Part shown: positions 28,385 through 41,200 of the stretch, piece after piece | How positions within the stretch are numbered: position 1 is the first letter of the stretch | How the letters are laid out: each line of letters starts with the position of its first letter | From: Rhizophagus irregularis | Lineage: Eukaryota | Direction of reading: 5' to 3' | DNA: 64,000 nt | NCBI RefSeq assembly: GCF_026210795.1 | Contig: NC_089433.1 | Span: forward strand, 1,612,001 to 1,676,000 | Notes under the pieces: model-generated | Told to the model about the DNA's origin: nothing | Seen by the model: the letters and a program-made list of their open reading frames with translations, nothing else | Databases searched by the model: none | Made by a program: the position numbers and the translations under genes

Positions 28385-28782
28385 ATATAAGGTAATGATA
28401 AGTTATTTATTTTTATAATAGAAAAAACTTCTTATTTAACTTTTTTTTTTGTAGTTAAGAATAAAATTTTGTAATATAATTATTAATATCATGAAGTAAT
28501 TTGAAACTTCATGTATAGTAATTAAAGAATAAAGGAAAAATATTTATGATGATTTGAACTAATTAGAATATTTTTTTGATAATATCTGATATTTAATGAT
28601 CAATCTACCCATATTTTACAAATGTAATTCAATTTTGTGTTTGTTTTGAAGTAGATATTTGTGACTAAATTGTTCAATGAAAGATATCATTTTATTATAT
28701 TGAAAGTTTAATAATTCAAGATCATGTATCTATTAAATTTATTATAATATATACTTTTAATATTTTACAGCAAAATAATTTA

Positions 28783-30550
28783 TTAATTGAGTTTCTTTTT
28801 TTCTGCTGTTGACTTTCCAGCATCCTTATTGAAAATCCAAATGAAACAAAATAATAAGAACCCAATTCCCATAGAAGCCGCTCCAGTATAATATGGATAT
28901 GCCGCTGATATAAATCTAGGATATTCATTATGTCTAAAATGTCTAATAGTTATCGTAGTAGTATCAACTATATATGTATATCCAGGTCTCTTATAATTTA
29001 CTTTAAGTGTAAATACTCCATATACATCTGGCAGTTGAACATGTGCTTTGTATCTACGAGCTTGAATTTCCTGATGTTCTATTGTTGTTGGAAGTGCTGT
29101 AAGATTTACTCGAATGTATGGATCAAGCATGATCAATTCTAATTGAACATCATTACCATTAAATGCTTGCCATTGATCATTAACATACTCAGAAATGTCT
29201 ATGGTATAAGTCTTGTGAAATATATAAATGAATTTTGTAAAGAAAAAAAAAATTAGATAATCAAATACCATTACATTATAAAGATTTATATGTGTATAAA
29301 TATCTTACGAAATTATCTTTTATTCGATATATCTCCAATTGTTCATATTCTTCGTCTTTATAGTGTAGTCGTGAAGTAACACGGAGAACTCCTTTTTCTT
29401 GAAAGGTCCATTTTGCCAAATCATTGACAAATGCCTCATTGCCTGATTTGTAGTATCTTTAGTAATTATATCTTTGTTAGAAAATTAAATCTATTCATTA
29501 ATAAAAGAAAATTTTACAAAAAAGCATATTTACGATTCAGATGATTTGGGTTTTTGAACCGGTGAGTCAAAAAATCTAAGAGAAAAATTTAAAAACTCAT
29601 TTTTAATTTAATTTCTCAACACATCAAAATTTAACGCAAGATTTAATAATCTCACCGATCACTGAAAAATTCCAAACTTCCTACCAAGGTAACTCTTGCA
29701 TTATTTCTTGCTTGTAGTGCTGATATAAGACCAATACTATTACCAATTGCTAGTGGTTCTCGATCCACTACCTGATCATCTCCAGTCTCATATGAGTAAG
29801 CAGTATCATTAGCCCACAGGATTCTAGTTAATAATGGTACTGGTCCTACTTTATGCCCTATGCCTCTAAATAGTACAGGAGGTCCTTCAATAACTTCTTT
29901 ACTCAAAATGGCCTCATTATTAACGACATTACTTGAAACTAAAAGTGTATGCTTTCCATCGTCAGAAATATTATAATTAAAGTGATCTATTACAGAAGTA
30001 TCTCGTTCGTCAATTTCAATATCGAGTTCTCGAGCGAAGTTTCGGATATTTTCTGTTATTTCTGAAGATATTACCAATAGTAAGTTGCCTCCATCATTCA
30101 TAAAGTTTATGAGAGAGGTGGGATTTATGCTATCTGTTTTAACTTTAGAACCAATAATCAAAGTGTAAGCAAAAAAAACAAAAGATTGAAAACTAAAGTT
30201 AAAGGAAGAGTACCTTTTTTTTGTGCAAAATTGATAAAATGGTCGTAAACACGTTCCCCATAGGAAAATAATTCAATAGAAGGATTTGGATCTTTCGTCG
30301 TTTTATAAGTAATTATATAATCGCGTCCTAAATTCGGAAATAAAATGGAAATCTTATTAAGCATAAAATAAAAAAAGAATTATCAAAAGCTGTAGTATTC
30401 ACCTTCCAAAGATCCAAAAAACTTTGTGTATAAATTTTTGTCATCTTCATTATCCAGTAAAACTAACACGCGAGGGCCAGTTGTAGATTTCGATTCTACA
30501 AGGATTAAGGCCACAAACACGAGGATAACAATGCTTAAAATTTGTCGCAT
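28783..30550 (-). CDS. WBP1: Oligosaccharyltransferase subunit Wbp1/OST48 (DDOST)
   Basis: Signal peptide, RVLVLLD, LISALQARNNARVTLVGS, WTFQEKGVLRV, DVQLELIMLDPYIR, RHNEYPRFISAAYPYY, C-terminal TM and KKLN ER-retrieval signal. Confidence 0.96.
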
Positions 30551-30810
30551 TGTAAATTAGCGATCTGGTTTAAGAAAACTTTATTTTATATAAATTAATT
30601 AATCCATGCTCGTTTGGTCGTTTGGACACTGTTTGGACGTGGATCAATTTTATTGGTACAACTTCCACACATTTTATCAAATTGTAAATTCACGTGAATG
30701 TTTTAAGATTATCTAAATTCTTTGGTGAATGAATGATGACGCGAAATGAGTGATAGATTTTGCAATAATTAGTGCTGGTCACACATAAGAAAAGAATTTG
30801 TTTCGGAACG

Positions 30811-33800
30811 ATGTTTCGAGTCCTTCAGTTTCAAACGAGCAATTCCAAAACAATATTTTCTCGCAATGATAGTATTTATAAACCATTTTTACATTTGTCT
30901 CGTTCTCTTACAATCTCCCCGCTAAAAAAGCAACGAGTTTTCACGCGTCATAAAGTTTCTACCACTGAAACAGCAACAGAAACAGATTCCGTATGTTTAA
31001 TTTTAATAAAAGATAAATTTTTCTGTGAATTATTTAATCATTTGTTATTGAACAGATCGGAAATGGCCGATTTTATTATGACAATGTGTATCCCCTTAAA
31101 ATAGGGTCTTTTGATATTCGGCATTTTCTAGTTAGATCGAATAGAACAAGACTAGAGGAAAAATTGAAAGCAGGAAAATGGATTCCTGCTGAGTGTGAAA
31201 TGCCCTACAATTTTAATATTAAAGGTGTAGAACCAAGGTATTTTAATTTTAATTGAGTACATATTGAAAATTTATTTAATAAAAAAAATACACAATAAAT
31301 TTATATAAAATAATGGGATTACTGTATTAGAAAAAAAGAGGGTGGAATGTTTGTTAACTTTGTTTTTCGAGTTGATCCAGCTCAAAAAAAGAAGGCATTG
31401 GAAGAAATAACTCAAAAAGTACAAACTTTTTTAAAAGATAAGAGTATTGTACCATGGTTCAATGTTCGTCCGACCGAGGCTTATTTAGTTAAAGTACATA
31501 ATTTAATTTGAGTTAAATACTTATAAAAATTTAATAGCGTATTAAATAATTAATAAAACAAAATTTTTTAATTAGGGAGAACCATTTATTGAAGATTTAT
31601 CTAATAGATATCCTGCAAGGTTAGGATGTTTGTGAATGAAATTTAAACTTTCTAATATTAAATTAATACAGTATTCAATTATTATAGCCGTTTACGCGTT
31701 GAATTTCAAGGGCCAGATATTCCAATTGTATGCGTTATCCTTATATTTTTTGATCAATCAATATTTTTATAATTGAAACAACTTAATTATATTATATTGC
31801 CAGGAAACTCTTTATGAACATTTTCGACCTTATGGCTTAATTCGTGACATAAGCTTATTGCCGGAATCTTCTAAAGATCTTCCACGATATGCAATGATAC
31901 AATACTCGAAAATGCGATCAGCTACCAGTGCCAAAAATTGCATACATGGAATGTTCGTGAATGCCACGAGATTGAACATTGTATATGACATGCCTCTTGT
32001 AAGAATTTATGGAATCAATTAATAAATTACATAATATATTTCATAATTGTAAAGTATTTTTTCAACTAAATTAAATAGAAAACGAACATGGTTTACAATT
32101 GGATGGCATCTCATCCAAGAATTACCGTGAGTTAATGTTATTTTTTCTAAAGGCTTCTAAAGACTTTAATTATTTATATATATTATGTACTAATAACTAA
32201 TTATACTGCTTATGATATAGGTTCCACTTATTGCTGCCACAGTCGCTGGTATAACTTATACTATGTGAGTTAATTATAACTTTGAAACATCAATTTAAAT
32301 AGGATTTGGAGTTTATGAATTATAACTTTATGTAGTTTTGATCCTATCCGCGTCTTCTTCATTACATCAAAAACCACACAACGGTTCAACATTCAGGAAA
32401 ATCGCTTATATCAATGGCTTAGGAAGGAGACGATTGACCGATTGATGGCTTTTCGTGAAAAGTCAGATGATAATGATGAATCCTTTGAAGATCTTAGTAC
32501 TTGGAAGGAAAGAGAACAGGAAGAATCCAAGTTACGAAATTGGCTCAAAGAACCACCAGGTACTTTTGTTAAACAATAATTGTTATGTGAAATCATCTCA
32601 ACGAACGATTGACTTTTTTCTTATTGAATAGAAACATTTATTGTTTTACTTGGTCCAAATGGTAGTGGTAAAAGTAGTCTTATCAATAAAATTATACAGG
32701 AAAAGAGGTGAAAATTTTACTTTTTTTCTAATTAAAATTGTTTCATTCCATGTCATGATTTATTTAATTAATGTTTTTGTTGATAGAAATAAAGTATTTA
32801 TTAAATGCGATGTTATCCTTAATTCTCGAGATGAAAATGAACTTGTGTCTAAGTTAGCAAGACAAGTCGGATATTTCCCTGTTTTCACACTTATGGTTTC
32901 CTTATCAAATTTGGTTGATGGATTAGCCAGTGCAACTATTGGGCAGAAAACGGGTATTCATTAGTTTATTGACGAAAACAACTTTTATTTAAAAACTCAA
33001 ATTTACGATTTTTTTTTTAGTTGGATTCTCCTCAACTACTGATACCGAAATTAAGAAAATCCTTGATGCTCTTACAATTGCTTTGCATGATATTGCACCT
33101 GAATCTTTAACAAAGAAGTCATGGTACGCTCACAAAAAATCACGCGATTATCTTGAATCTCCTATGGTTGAATCTTATGATTCAGCGGAAATTCCTATTG
33201 TAGTGATTGATGCTTATATGACTAAAGATAAGGAAAGTCATGAACTTTGGGATCATTTGGCAAAATTAGCAGCTTTGCTTGTTGAAAATAGAGTTGCTCA
33301 TGTAGTATTTGTGAGTTCAAACATTGGAATTATCAAGCACCTAAGTCGAGGTAATTATACTTCATATAAATTTCTAATTTAAACTTAATATTAATGTATT
33401 TTCTTTTGTAGCTCTTCCAAATAAGACATTTAATTATGCTGTTCTTTCGGATGCTCCTCATGAAAGAGCAATTGGTTTGGTGAAACGTCATGTACATAAC
33501 AAAAATCTTGAAGGATTAGAAGCAGCTGTTGGTGCGCTTGGTGGTCGTTTAACGGACTTGAAACTTTTTATCAACAAAATACGTAGTGGACAAAAACCAA
33601 ATGGTATCCATTTTCTATTAAATGTATTTATATAAATATTATACATATTTATATATTGTATTATTTTATAGACGCATTGCAAGATCTTGTTGCTAAAGCA
33701 ATAATTGATGTTCGTAAACTTGCATTTGGTGATGATAGTGAGGATGCAAAAACTATTTCTTGGAGTGGTGTACAGTTCTGGAAAGTAATGAAGGAATTAT

Positions 33801-34400
33801 CTAGTGAAGAATCTGTATGATTTCAAATATTTTTTACTTTATTGTCTTTTTAGTGTAAATACTTAATAATTAATGATTTTCATATAATAGTTATCATATG
33901 ATGCTGTCAAATTTTCACCAATATTTAACGGAGATGATACTCCGATCAGAGCTATGGAACAAGCTGAATTAATATCCATTACCCAGTTGACAAATGGTAA
34001 GAATTATATTAAATATTAGTTGAAAAATTTTTAATTAAATTATTTGTCAATTTTAGGACGCCCATATACTATAAAACCTGGTAAACCGCTTTATCAAGCA
34101 GCTTTCACAGAAATAATTTCTGATGGTTTGTTTGCAGCGACTATGGAACTTCAAACAGCTGAATATCTTTTATCAATAGAGAATAACAAAATTAAAAAGT
34201 TTGAAGATGAACTTGAAAAATTGGGATCATTATTTGTTAAAACAGATGGTAAATGGCTATTTGGTAGTGGACATGTACCTGAACCTGTAGAACATCGAGT
34301 AAAATTCTTATTATCATTATTGAAGAAAAGACATATACGTGCGGAAGAATATCAAAAACAAATTGAAGAACTTAAAAAAGTGGTTGCAAAAGGAGGTTAA
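30811..34400 (+). CDS. YME2: Mitochondrial escape protein 2 (Yme2/Rna12), canonical-looking copy
   Basis: GEPFIEDL, SATSAKNCIHG, HPRITVPLIAA, FDPIRVFFI, GPNGSGKS, LARQVGYFPVF, LGGRLTDL, GRPYTIKPGKPLYQAAF. Confidence 0.93.
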
Positions 34401-34539
34401 TAAATGGAAATATATAAATATAATTTAATTTATAAAATTATATCAAAAAGTTTCTTATTTTTCATTAAGCGAGTCCAAAAATGATAAACATCGTTATCAA
34501 AAAGTTTTTATATTTGATTTGAAAATATTACATTATAAT

Positions 34540-35100
34540 TTAATGAGCATGAACATTTTCTTTTTCAGTGAATATTTGTTTTTCGAGAGATTGAGCTGCA
34601 AGAATTTTTTCAGGTGGCGGAATTTCTTCAGTTTCATAAGCCGTCAATTCTGAAGAGACATCTGCATCTATTTTTGGTGGCTTTAGCAATATAATAAATT
34701 AGGAATATAATCATTTTATTTTGATTAATAGATGAATAGAATTGTTACCTCAGAGGTGGATAAACTTAATTTTTTCACTTGGCCAACTTCTGAACCAGCT
34801 GCCTTTTTAAATAAATGATAGTGTCAACGTACTATCGAATGGATGTGAGAATTGAACAGAATGAAATTAATGTTTTAAAATTACCGCTGAAGGAGGTTGA
34901 TAAGCCTTTATTTCTTTAACGTATAAATCCTGAATGATATCTAATTTGAAATAAATTAAAATTCCAATAACAAATATATGTTTTAGATTTAATAGTTAGT
35001 TACCTTTGACTGGTCCGGAAGCAGTAAAATTACGTACAATTGGGGTAGATCGTGACAAACCAAAGGTTCGTCTTAAATACCTCGAAGCTAACAAACTCAT
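34540..35100 (-). CDS. ATP14: Mitochondrial ATP synthase subunit h
   Basis: Not in the ORF track. Spliced MSLLASRYLRRTFGLSR...DIIQDLYVKEIKAYQPPSA...GQVKKLSL...ELTAYETEE matches the DLVQDLYLRELKAYKP subunit-h signature. Confidence 0.85.
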
Positions 35101-35420
35101 TTTTTTTTAAAAAAAAACGTATACTTTTTTTTTGGAATAAGAAAAGGTGCTCGTATAATATCCACCAATCATTAACCTGCATCTTTGATATTTTTTTTTT
35201 AAGGTAGTCATAATTGTTTTGTGAAAAACTAAACCTAAAAAAGTCTATTTCAAATTTATGTAATAGCCAAATAAAATAATAAGTGATATAAGCTGTAAAT
35301 TTCTTATCGTAAAGGATGTCACATGACGATAAAATTCAATGAATGTGTAGTCAAGTCGTATTACATTCTCTAAATGAAGTACCAATAGTTTTTTTTTTGT
35401 TAATACTTTTTTTTACACCG

Positions 35421-35979
35421 ATGTCAGAGTCTGAAAACGAACAGAAACTCGCAAGTGAACTTAAAAGCAGAATTCTTGAAACGCAAGAAAGGAACAAGTA
35501 TTAACTATTTTCTCAAAGTTTCTCAAAGTAAACTGATGTTTTATTACATGTGGTGTATATTTAATTTATTCTAATTTTAAAATAGGTTAAAAAGATTACT
35601 GACAAAAAGACTTAGAGATTGTGGATGGAAAGATAAAATTAAAAAACGTTGTGTAGGTTTGTATTAAGTTGAATTAATTTTTTTTTTTTAAAAAAAAATA
35701 TTTATTCTTTTATTATTAGATAAGATAAGAACTGAAGGAGTTGAAAATATCAAATTAGATCAACTTGAAGAATACGTATTAAAACATGGCCGAGGTAAAA
35801 TTTTTATATATAAAATTTATTTGCTTAATATGGTCGATCAGCTCTTGATTTTTTGAATTTTTTATCGGATAAATTAATTCATAGAGGCCGTTCCAGATGA
35901 CGTAAAAGTAGAAATGTTACAACAAATCTCAAGTTATCTGGACAAACATGTGTCTCAACTTGAGAAAAACATAAAATAA
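35421..35979 (+). CDS. SUS1: SAGA/TREX-2 subunit Sus1 (ENY2)
   Basis: Not in the ORF track. Four exons give ...LKRLLTKRLRDCGWKDKIKKRC...GVENIKLDQL...GREAVPDDVKVEMLQQISSYL, the ENY2 signature. Confidence 0.92.
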
Positions 35980-36305
35980 TCATTCAGTTTCACGTGATTT
36001 CTATTTATTAAAGTCCATATAATTTGGTGTAATAAACTGAGAATTGACAAGGATAATTACAACTAGACTTTACCTTACTTTGCTTAAAATATGACCTGCA
36101 AGCATCCATTCAATAGGGATTTCTTCAAATGAATAATAATTTTGTACTAAAGTTCAAGACAATAAGAACGTATTAAATAAAAGTATGAAATTATTATTCT
36201 TGAAACGATGGACACTTACATAAAAAAGTTTACTTGAGGCAACTAGTTTAAATTGTGTGCAAAACTCGTGTATAATTCAAAAATCGGTAAAACTTTATGA
36301 AGTTA

Positions 36306-37838
36306 TTAAGCAACTCCTTTCGGGAGAATTTCATTAATGTCATTATAAATGAAGTAATTACTTCTTTGTGGAACATAAGATGTCGATCGCGTCACAAGTG
36401 GCCGAGGATTACTATACATTATTGCTTCCATGACAGCGTCAACTTCTTCTTCAGAATCAACAACCTCTTCCTCCTTCTCGGGGACAACTACTTTTCCATC
36501 TTTCTTCGTATTGTCTTGCTTATTATTTGGCACACCATTATCTTCAATATACAAAATAAATTAATATAATATTTAAATGTAAAATGCATAGATAACGTAA
36601 ACTTACTCTGAGGGCGTCCTATAGACTTTTTCTGATACTGAGCAAGTAGGATATCATATGATTGTGATCTACCTAATACACCTCGTTTCAAGGCCATCGA
36701 ATGACTCTTACAAGTTAATGAACGCGTGCAAGGTGTATTATTAGGTGGCACAATTACTCCACATTGCTTATCCAGATCAATAGGTCCTAAATTAAATTAA
36801 GAATATAAGATTAACATCCGATCAAAAGTTTAGCAAAATTATTTATTAAATTGAATATAATTTGTAACCTTTATGACGTCCCGTGGTTTTCTTCTTTTCT
36901 TTTTCCTTTTTAGTCTTTTGTTTTTTCTCAGGAGATGCTTTAGCAATCGGAGAATTAGGTCTTTTTGTATCAGTTATTTCAGCTACATTAAAATTTACAA
37001 TATACATTAATAAAATAGAGGCTAACAGACTAATGCGAAAATATATACGAACCTTCAACTGACTTCTTACGTTTCTTATTTGAATTATGCGTTTCTGTAG
37101 TGGAATTTTTTGTATTTTTATTGACTGTTAAGTCAGCATTTGACACTTCTGTAGGTATATCCACGTTTTGAGCTTCGAGCGCTTCTGCTTTTATTTTTTC
37201 GCAATTAGCTATAATGGATAAGTAATAATTTAACATATATCATTATTATCAGCATAAATACGGTTGAAAAAATAAATAAAAGTACAAAATACCAGAATGA
37301 TCAATAAACCCGCGCGGTAAAACTTTTTTTGAACATTCGTTACAGTTTACGATACCTGATTCATCCTTCAAAGGTTTACATCCATATGTTTTCATATGTT
37401 TAAAAGCTGTTAAGGAAATTTATTACTGCGCCACGATTATCTCAGCTTTCTTTTTGGTATTCATAGTGAACTAGTAAAACAAAGGATATCATAATAATTA
37501 AGTCTGGATGCAGTTGAAGGAGGAACGCTAAGTTCTCCATTTGAAGCTAATACTGCATCCTCTTCATTGTCATCTAATAAAATAAAAATGAAAAGGTAAT
37601 TATTAGTATAATTAATAGTATTAATAATAAATTATATAGGAAAGGGTAATTTCTTCATACAATCTTCGTTCAAAGTAGCATCTTTCAACTCTTTCCAAGA
37701 AGAAGGATCTGTAACTGGTTCTTCTAGAGTCGGAACATCTGAAGGAACACGAAATGTCGGAAGTTCCCAATTGTCTTCTTCTTTATTAAAGACTGATAAT
37801 GAGTCGGTAGAAATTAAAGACTTCCAGCCTTGGTCCAT
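36306..37838 (-). CDS. SGF73: SAGA subunit Sgf73 / ataxin-7 homolog
   Basis: N-terminal Zn finger (YGCKPL...CNECSKK...DHSANC) and SCA7 domain ([47 protein letters not shown]). Confidence 0.92.
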
Positions 37839-38292
37839 GATTTTTATAAAAAAAAAAAATAATATATAAAATAAAATAAAAAAAAATAAAAAAATAAAAA
37901 ACGAAAATAAATAAAAAATTGAGAAGGTAGTAGTTATGGATTAAATGGTGATCATATGACCAAATTACCAGCCATTACCGTATTATAAATCTATTAGTTC
38001 CGCCGATTTCAAACCGGAAAATACTTGAACATACTCGCAACTTTAAGGACACCAATTTGTCCTCATGAAAAGTCAAGCATAAAAGACAATGCAGTTTCGT
38101 GTATATACAGTTTGCATAGCTAGAGCATACTATACGCTCAATTCTTGACTGTCGTTTATTAACATATTCCCTTAATAAGTTTGCTAAAAAAAACAGATAT
38201 TTCCCTCTTTAATAATCTTTTTCAGCGAAAGATTTTGAGTTTTACAGAATTTCAAGCTTAGTTTCAGATATTATAACAGAAAGATTATAATA

Positions 38293-41200
38293 ATGTCGAC
38301 TGACCAGTTTTCTCAAGCAGTGAGTGGAGCTAACACTCCACGATTCAATCCATTCTCAACAGTTTCCACGCCGTTGTTCGAACTTAGTATTCCTGGCCGC
38401 CTTACGTTAGAAAAAGTTTATCTAAATGGTCTTCATGCACTAAGACGGTTTGAAATTCGCAACGTATCACAATCTACAATATTAGTGAAATTGCGTTCTA
38501 ATCTTGGTTCACAAGTCGCGTTTCAACTTAAAAATGAAAATCTTCCCGACATAGATTCTCAAAAAGCAGATTTACTAACTTCGTCTGAGCTTAATTCGGA
38601 AGAAGAACAGAATACATTATTTAATGTTTCATTAGATAACTCGTTAATTAATATTGCAACGAATACTGTTGCAGCAGCTGCAGTTAGTGCTTTTAGTGAC
38701 AATGTCAATGGTCATGAATTCAATCAACTTTTCAATTCCGTGAATCATATAGACGAAATAATCATTCCTCAGGGAAGTTCACGAAAGGTAATTTTGGTCT
38801 TTCTGCCAGATGCTCATCATAAAAGCCGTAGATCTGAGGAAGATCAAAATATGCCTTCTTCAACAAATGATATTATCGGGATATCTGGTACAGGAATTTC
38901 CGACGAGAACGATGAAACAAGGATAAATAATAATGTTTTCACACAGTCGTCTGATGAAGATGAAACTCATGATTTCTTTGAAGTCAATGGACTATTGTTT
39001 TTTTTTGCCTATATTATCGACAAGCAAGAGGATGTTGAAGACATGGAAATGTCAAATATCGGATTTTCTAATACAATCTCTTACAGTACTAACTCTTTGG
39101 CCTTAACAAATGAAACTGATCAAGGTTCGATCAGTCTGATGTTTATACTTTGCTATCAATTTTATTATTAAGTAAAGACAAAGCTAATTTTATTTTATTT
39201 ATATTATATCTCTGAATTGTATTCTTTAAGTCATATCTCCTCGTGATATCGAATCGATAAGTAACTCTTCTAAAGCAGATTATCAGATTACTGTTAAGTT
39301 TCGTTCTAAAGTTTGTCGTTCAGTATTATGGACCGATGTTGGAGAAACTGGAATTAATTTTGATGACTGTGTAAACGGTGGTACTTATTTCAAGGATTTT
39401 ACTATATGGAATCGTTCCGAAATTGAGCTATATTGGTTTTTAAATACGGTAGATCTATCGAATTCTGAGCGTGAAGACTGGTTAAAATTTACAGACTATG
39501 ATACTGGTGAATTACTAGATGATAAGCCAATACCAAGCTATTCTCATAGAAGAATTAGAGTCACATTTAAACCTCGAGAAATAGGAGAATTCAATTATGA
39601 CTTACAGATTGAGAATGCAAATGATTCTTCCAATATTTTGCAAAGCAGAATACATGCAGTTGTGAGATCAGTTTTAAGAGAGGAGTCATTAGTTGTTAGT
39701 AGTGGTAACATTTTGGACTTTGGTGATTGCTGTGCAGGAGTATGGAGTAAACAACAGTTGATTTTAAAGAATGTTAGCGAAGTACCATTAGAAATTCATT
39801 TTTCTGCAGAAAGTGCGGAGGTTTTGTTCTATTTGAAAACAGACAATTTGATAGAACATAGTAAAATAGATCTAAAAGATAACGATGACCAAACAGAAGA
39901 CATGACTTCCTTGCATCATCACTTTAAGGATGCTGCAAATATTACGGGTGTTACAACAACCACTAGTAATACTCCTATTAACACGAGCTCTATGGGCAGC
40001 GAAGTTAGTTCGAGACCATCATCTCCTCATGAAACCGATGGATTAGCATCCTCTGTAGAAGGACTAACTTATACAAATGAATCAGAAGCATCAAAAATGT
40101 CAAGTGGACATCACTTCAATAATATCACAGATTCAGACGTAGATAGTGTCATGATTAAAGATACCATAGAGAAAGGAAATTTAGAACAGGAGACTTCAGA
40201 TAATATAGCTCAAATTGAAGAGGTGGTTTTTGGACCTGGAAGAGAAAAAACGGTTCAAGTTTCATATCGTCCAGAAAAAGATTCATCCGCTAATAATTTT
40301 AAAGCTGGACGGTTAACGCGAAGAACCTTTCGTATTATTTTACAATATGCACCTATCAATTCAAGTTCGGCAAATATAAGATTAGATGGATATGAACGCA
40401 AAATTATTCAATGTAAAGCTAGGAGCTGTACTTCCTTTATTGAAGTGAATCCTAAAGAAGTGAATTTTGGAGATACAGATGTTGGTACTCCTAAATCTGT
40501 TCCTGTTAAAATCATTAACTTATCTGAATTAGCAGCTCGGGTAGAATTGCAGTTTGTTTCAAAAGTGCTAAATTGCACTCGGGATGAAATTGTTATTCCG
40601 CCGAAACTATCAACTGAAGTCAAACTCGATATGTACCCAAGAAAGGTTAACGTTGATTATCGAAAGCAAATTACCGTTATCAATTTACAAAATCGCGATA
40701 ACGATCAAATCTTAGAAGTTAGAAGTACAAATATAGACAAGAAACGGGTTACTTTTCATTCCCTGTTTTATCGAATTTTGACTTCCACTGGTGGTAATTT
40801 TATTGATTTCGGGCCTACTGTGATAAATTCTCCAAGCGTTCGAACATTCACAATTCATAATATTAGTGCAAAGAATTTGGTTCTTGAAATAACTTCTTTA
40901 TTACCCGAGATAGTCATGTATCAAAAGCTCATAAAACGCGGTGATTCGACCAATTCCAGAGACCTTCGCTTGATTACACAAAATGATGCAGTTTATAACA
41001 TTGCTGATAATGGAGAGATTGAACAGAATAATTCTTCTAAACTTGAAAGGCGTGAAAAACTTTTAGAGTCTATTGGAAATAAGAGAATATTAAAAAAACA
41101 ACCTTCTAACATTGACATTACTAAAGCGAATTTAAATGCTAGTGGGAAGATTCAAACTAGTTTATCACATAGCTCACATACATCACTTGATTGCGCATTA

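Noticed and set aside
36070..36225. Splice-like signals on the minus strand downstream of the SGF73 stop
   Set aside because: They could be a 3' UTR intron, but there is no coding support and it cannot be judged without transcripts.
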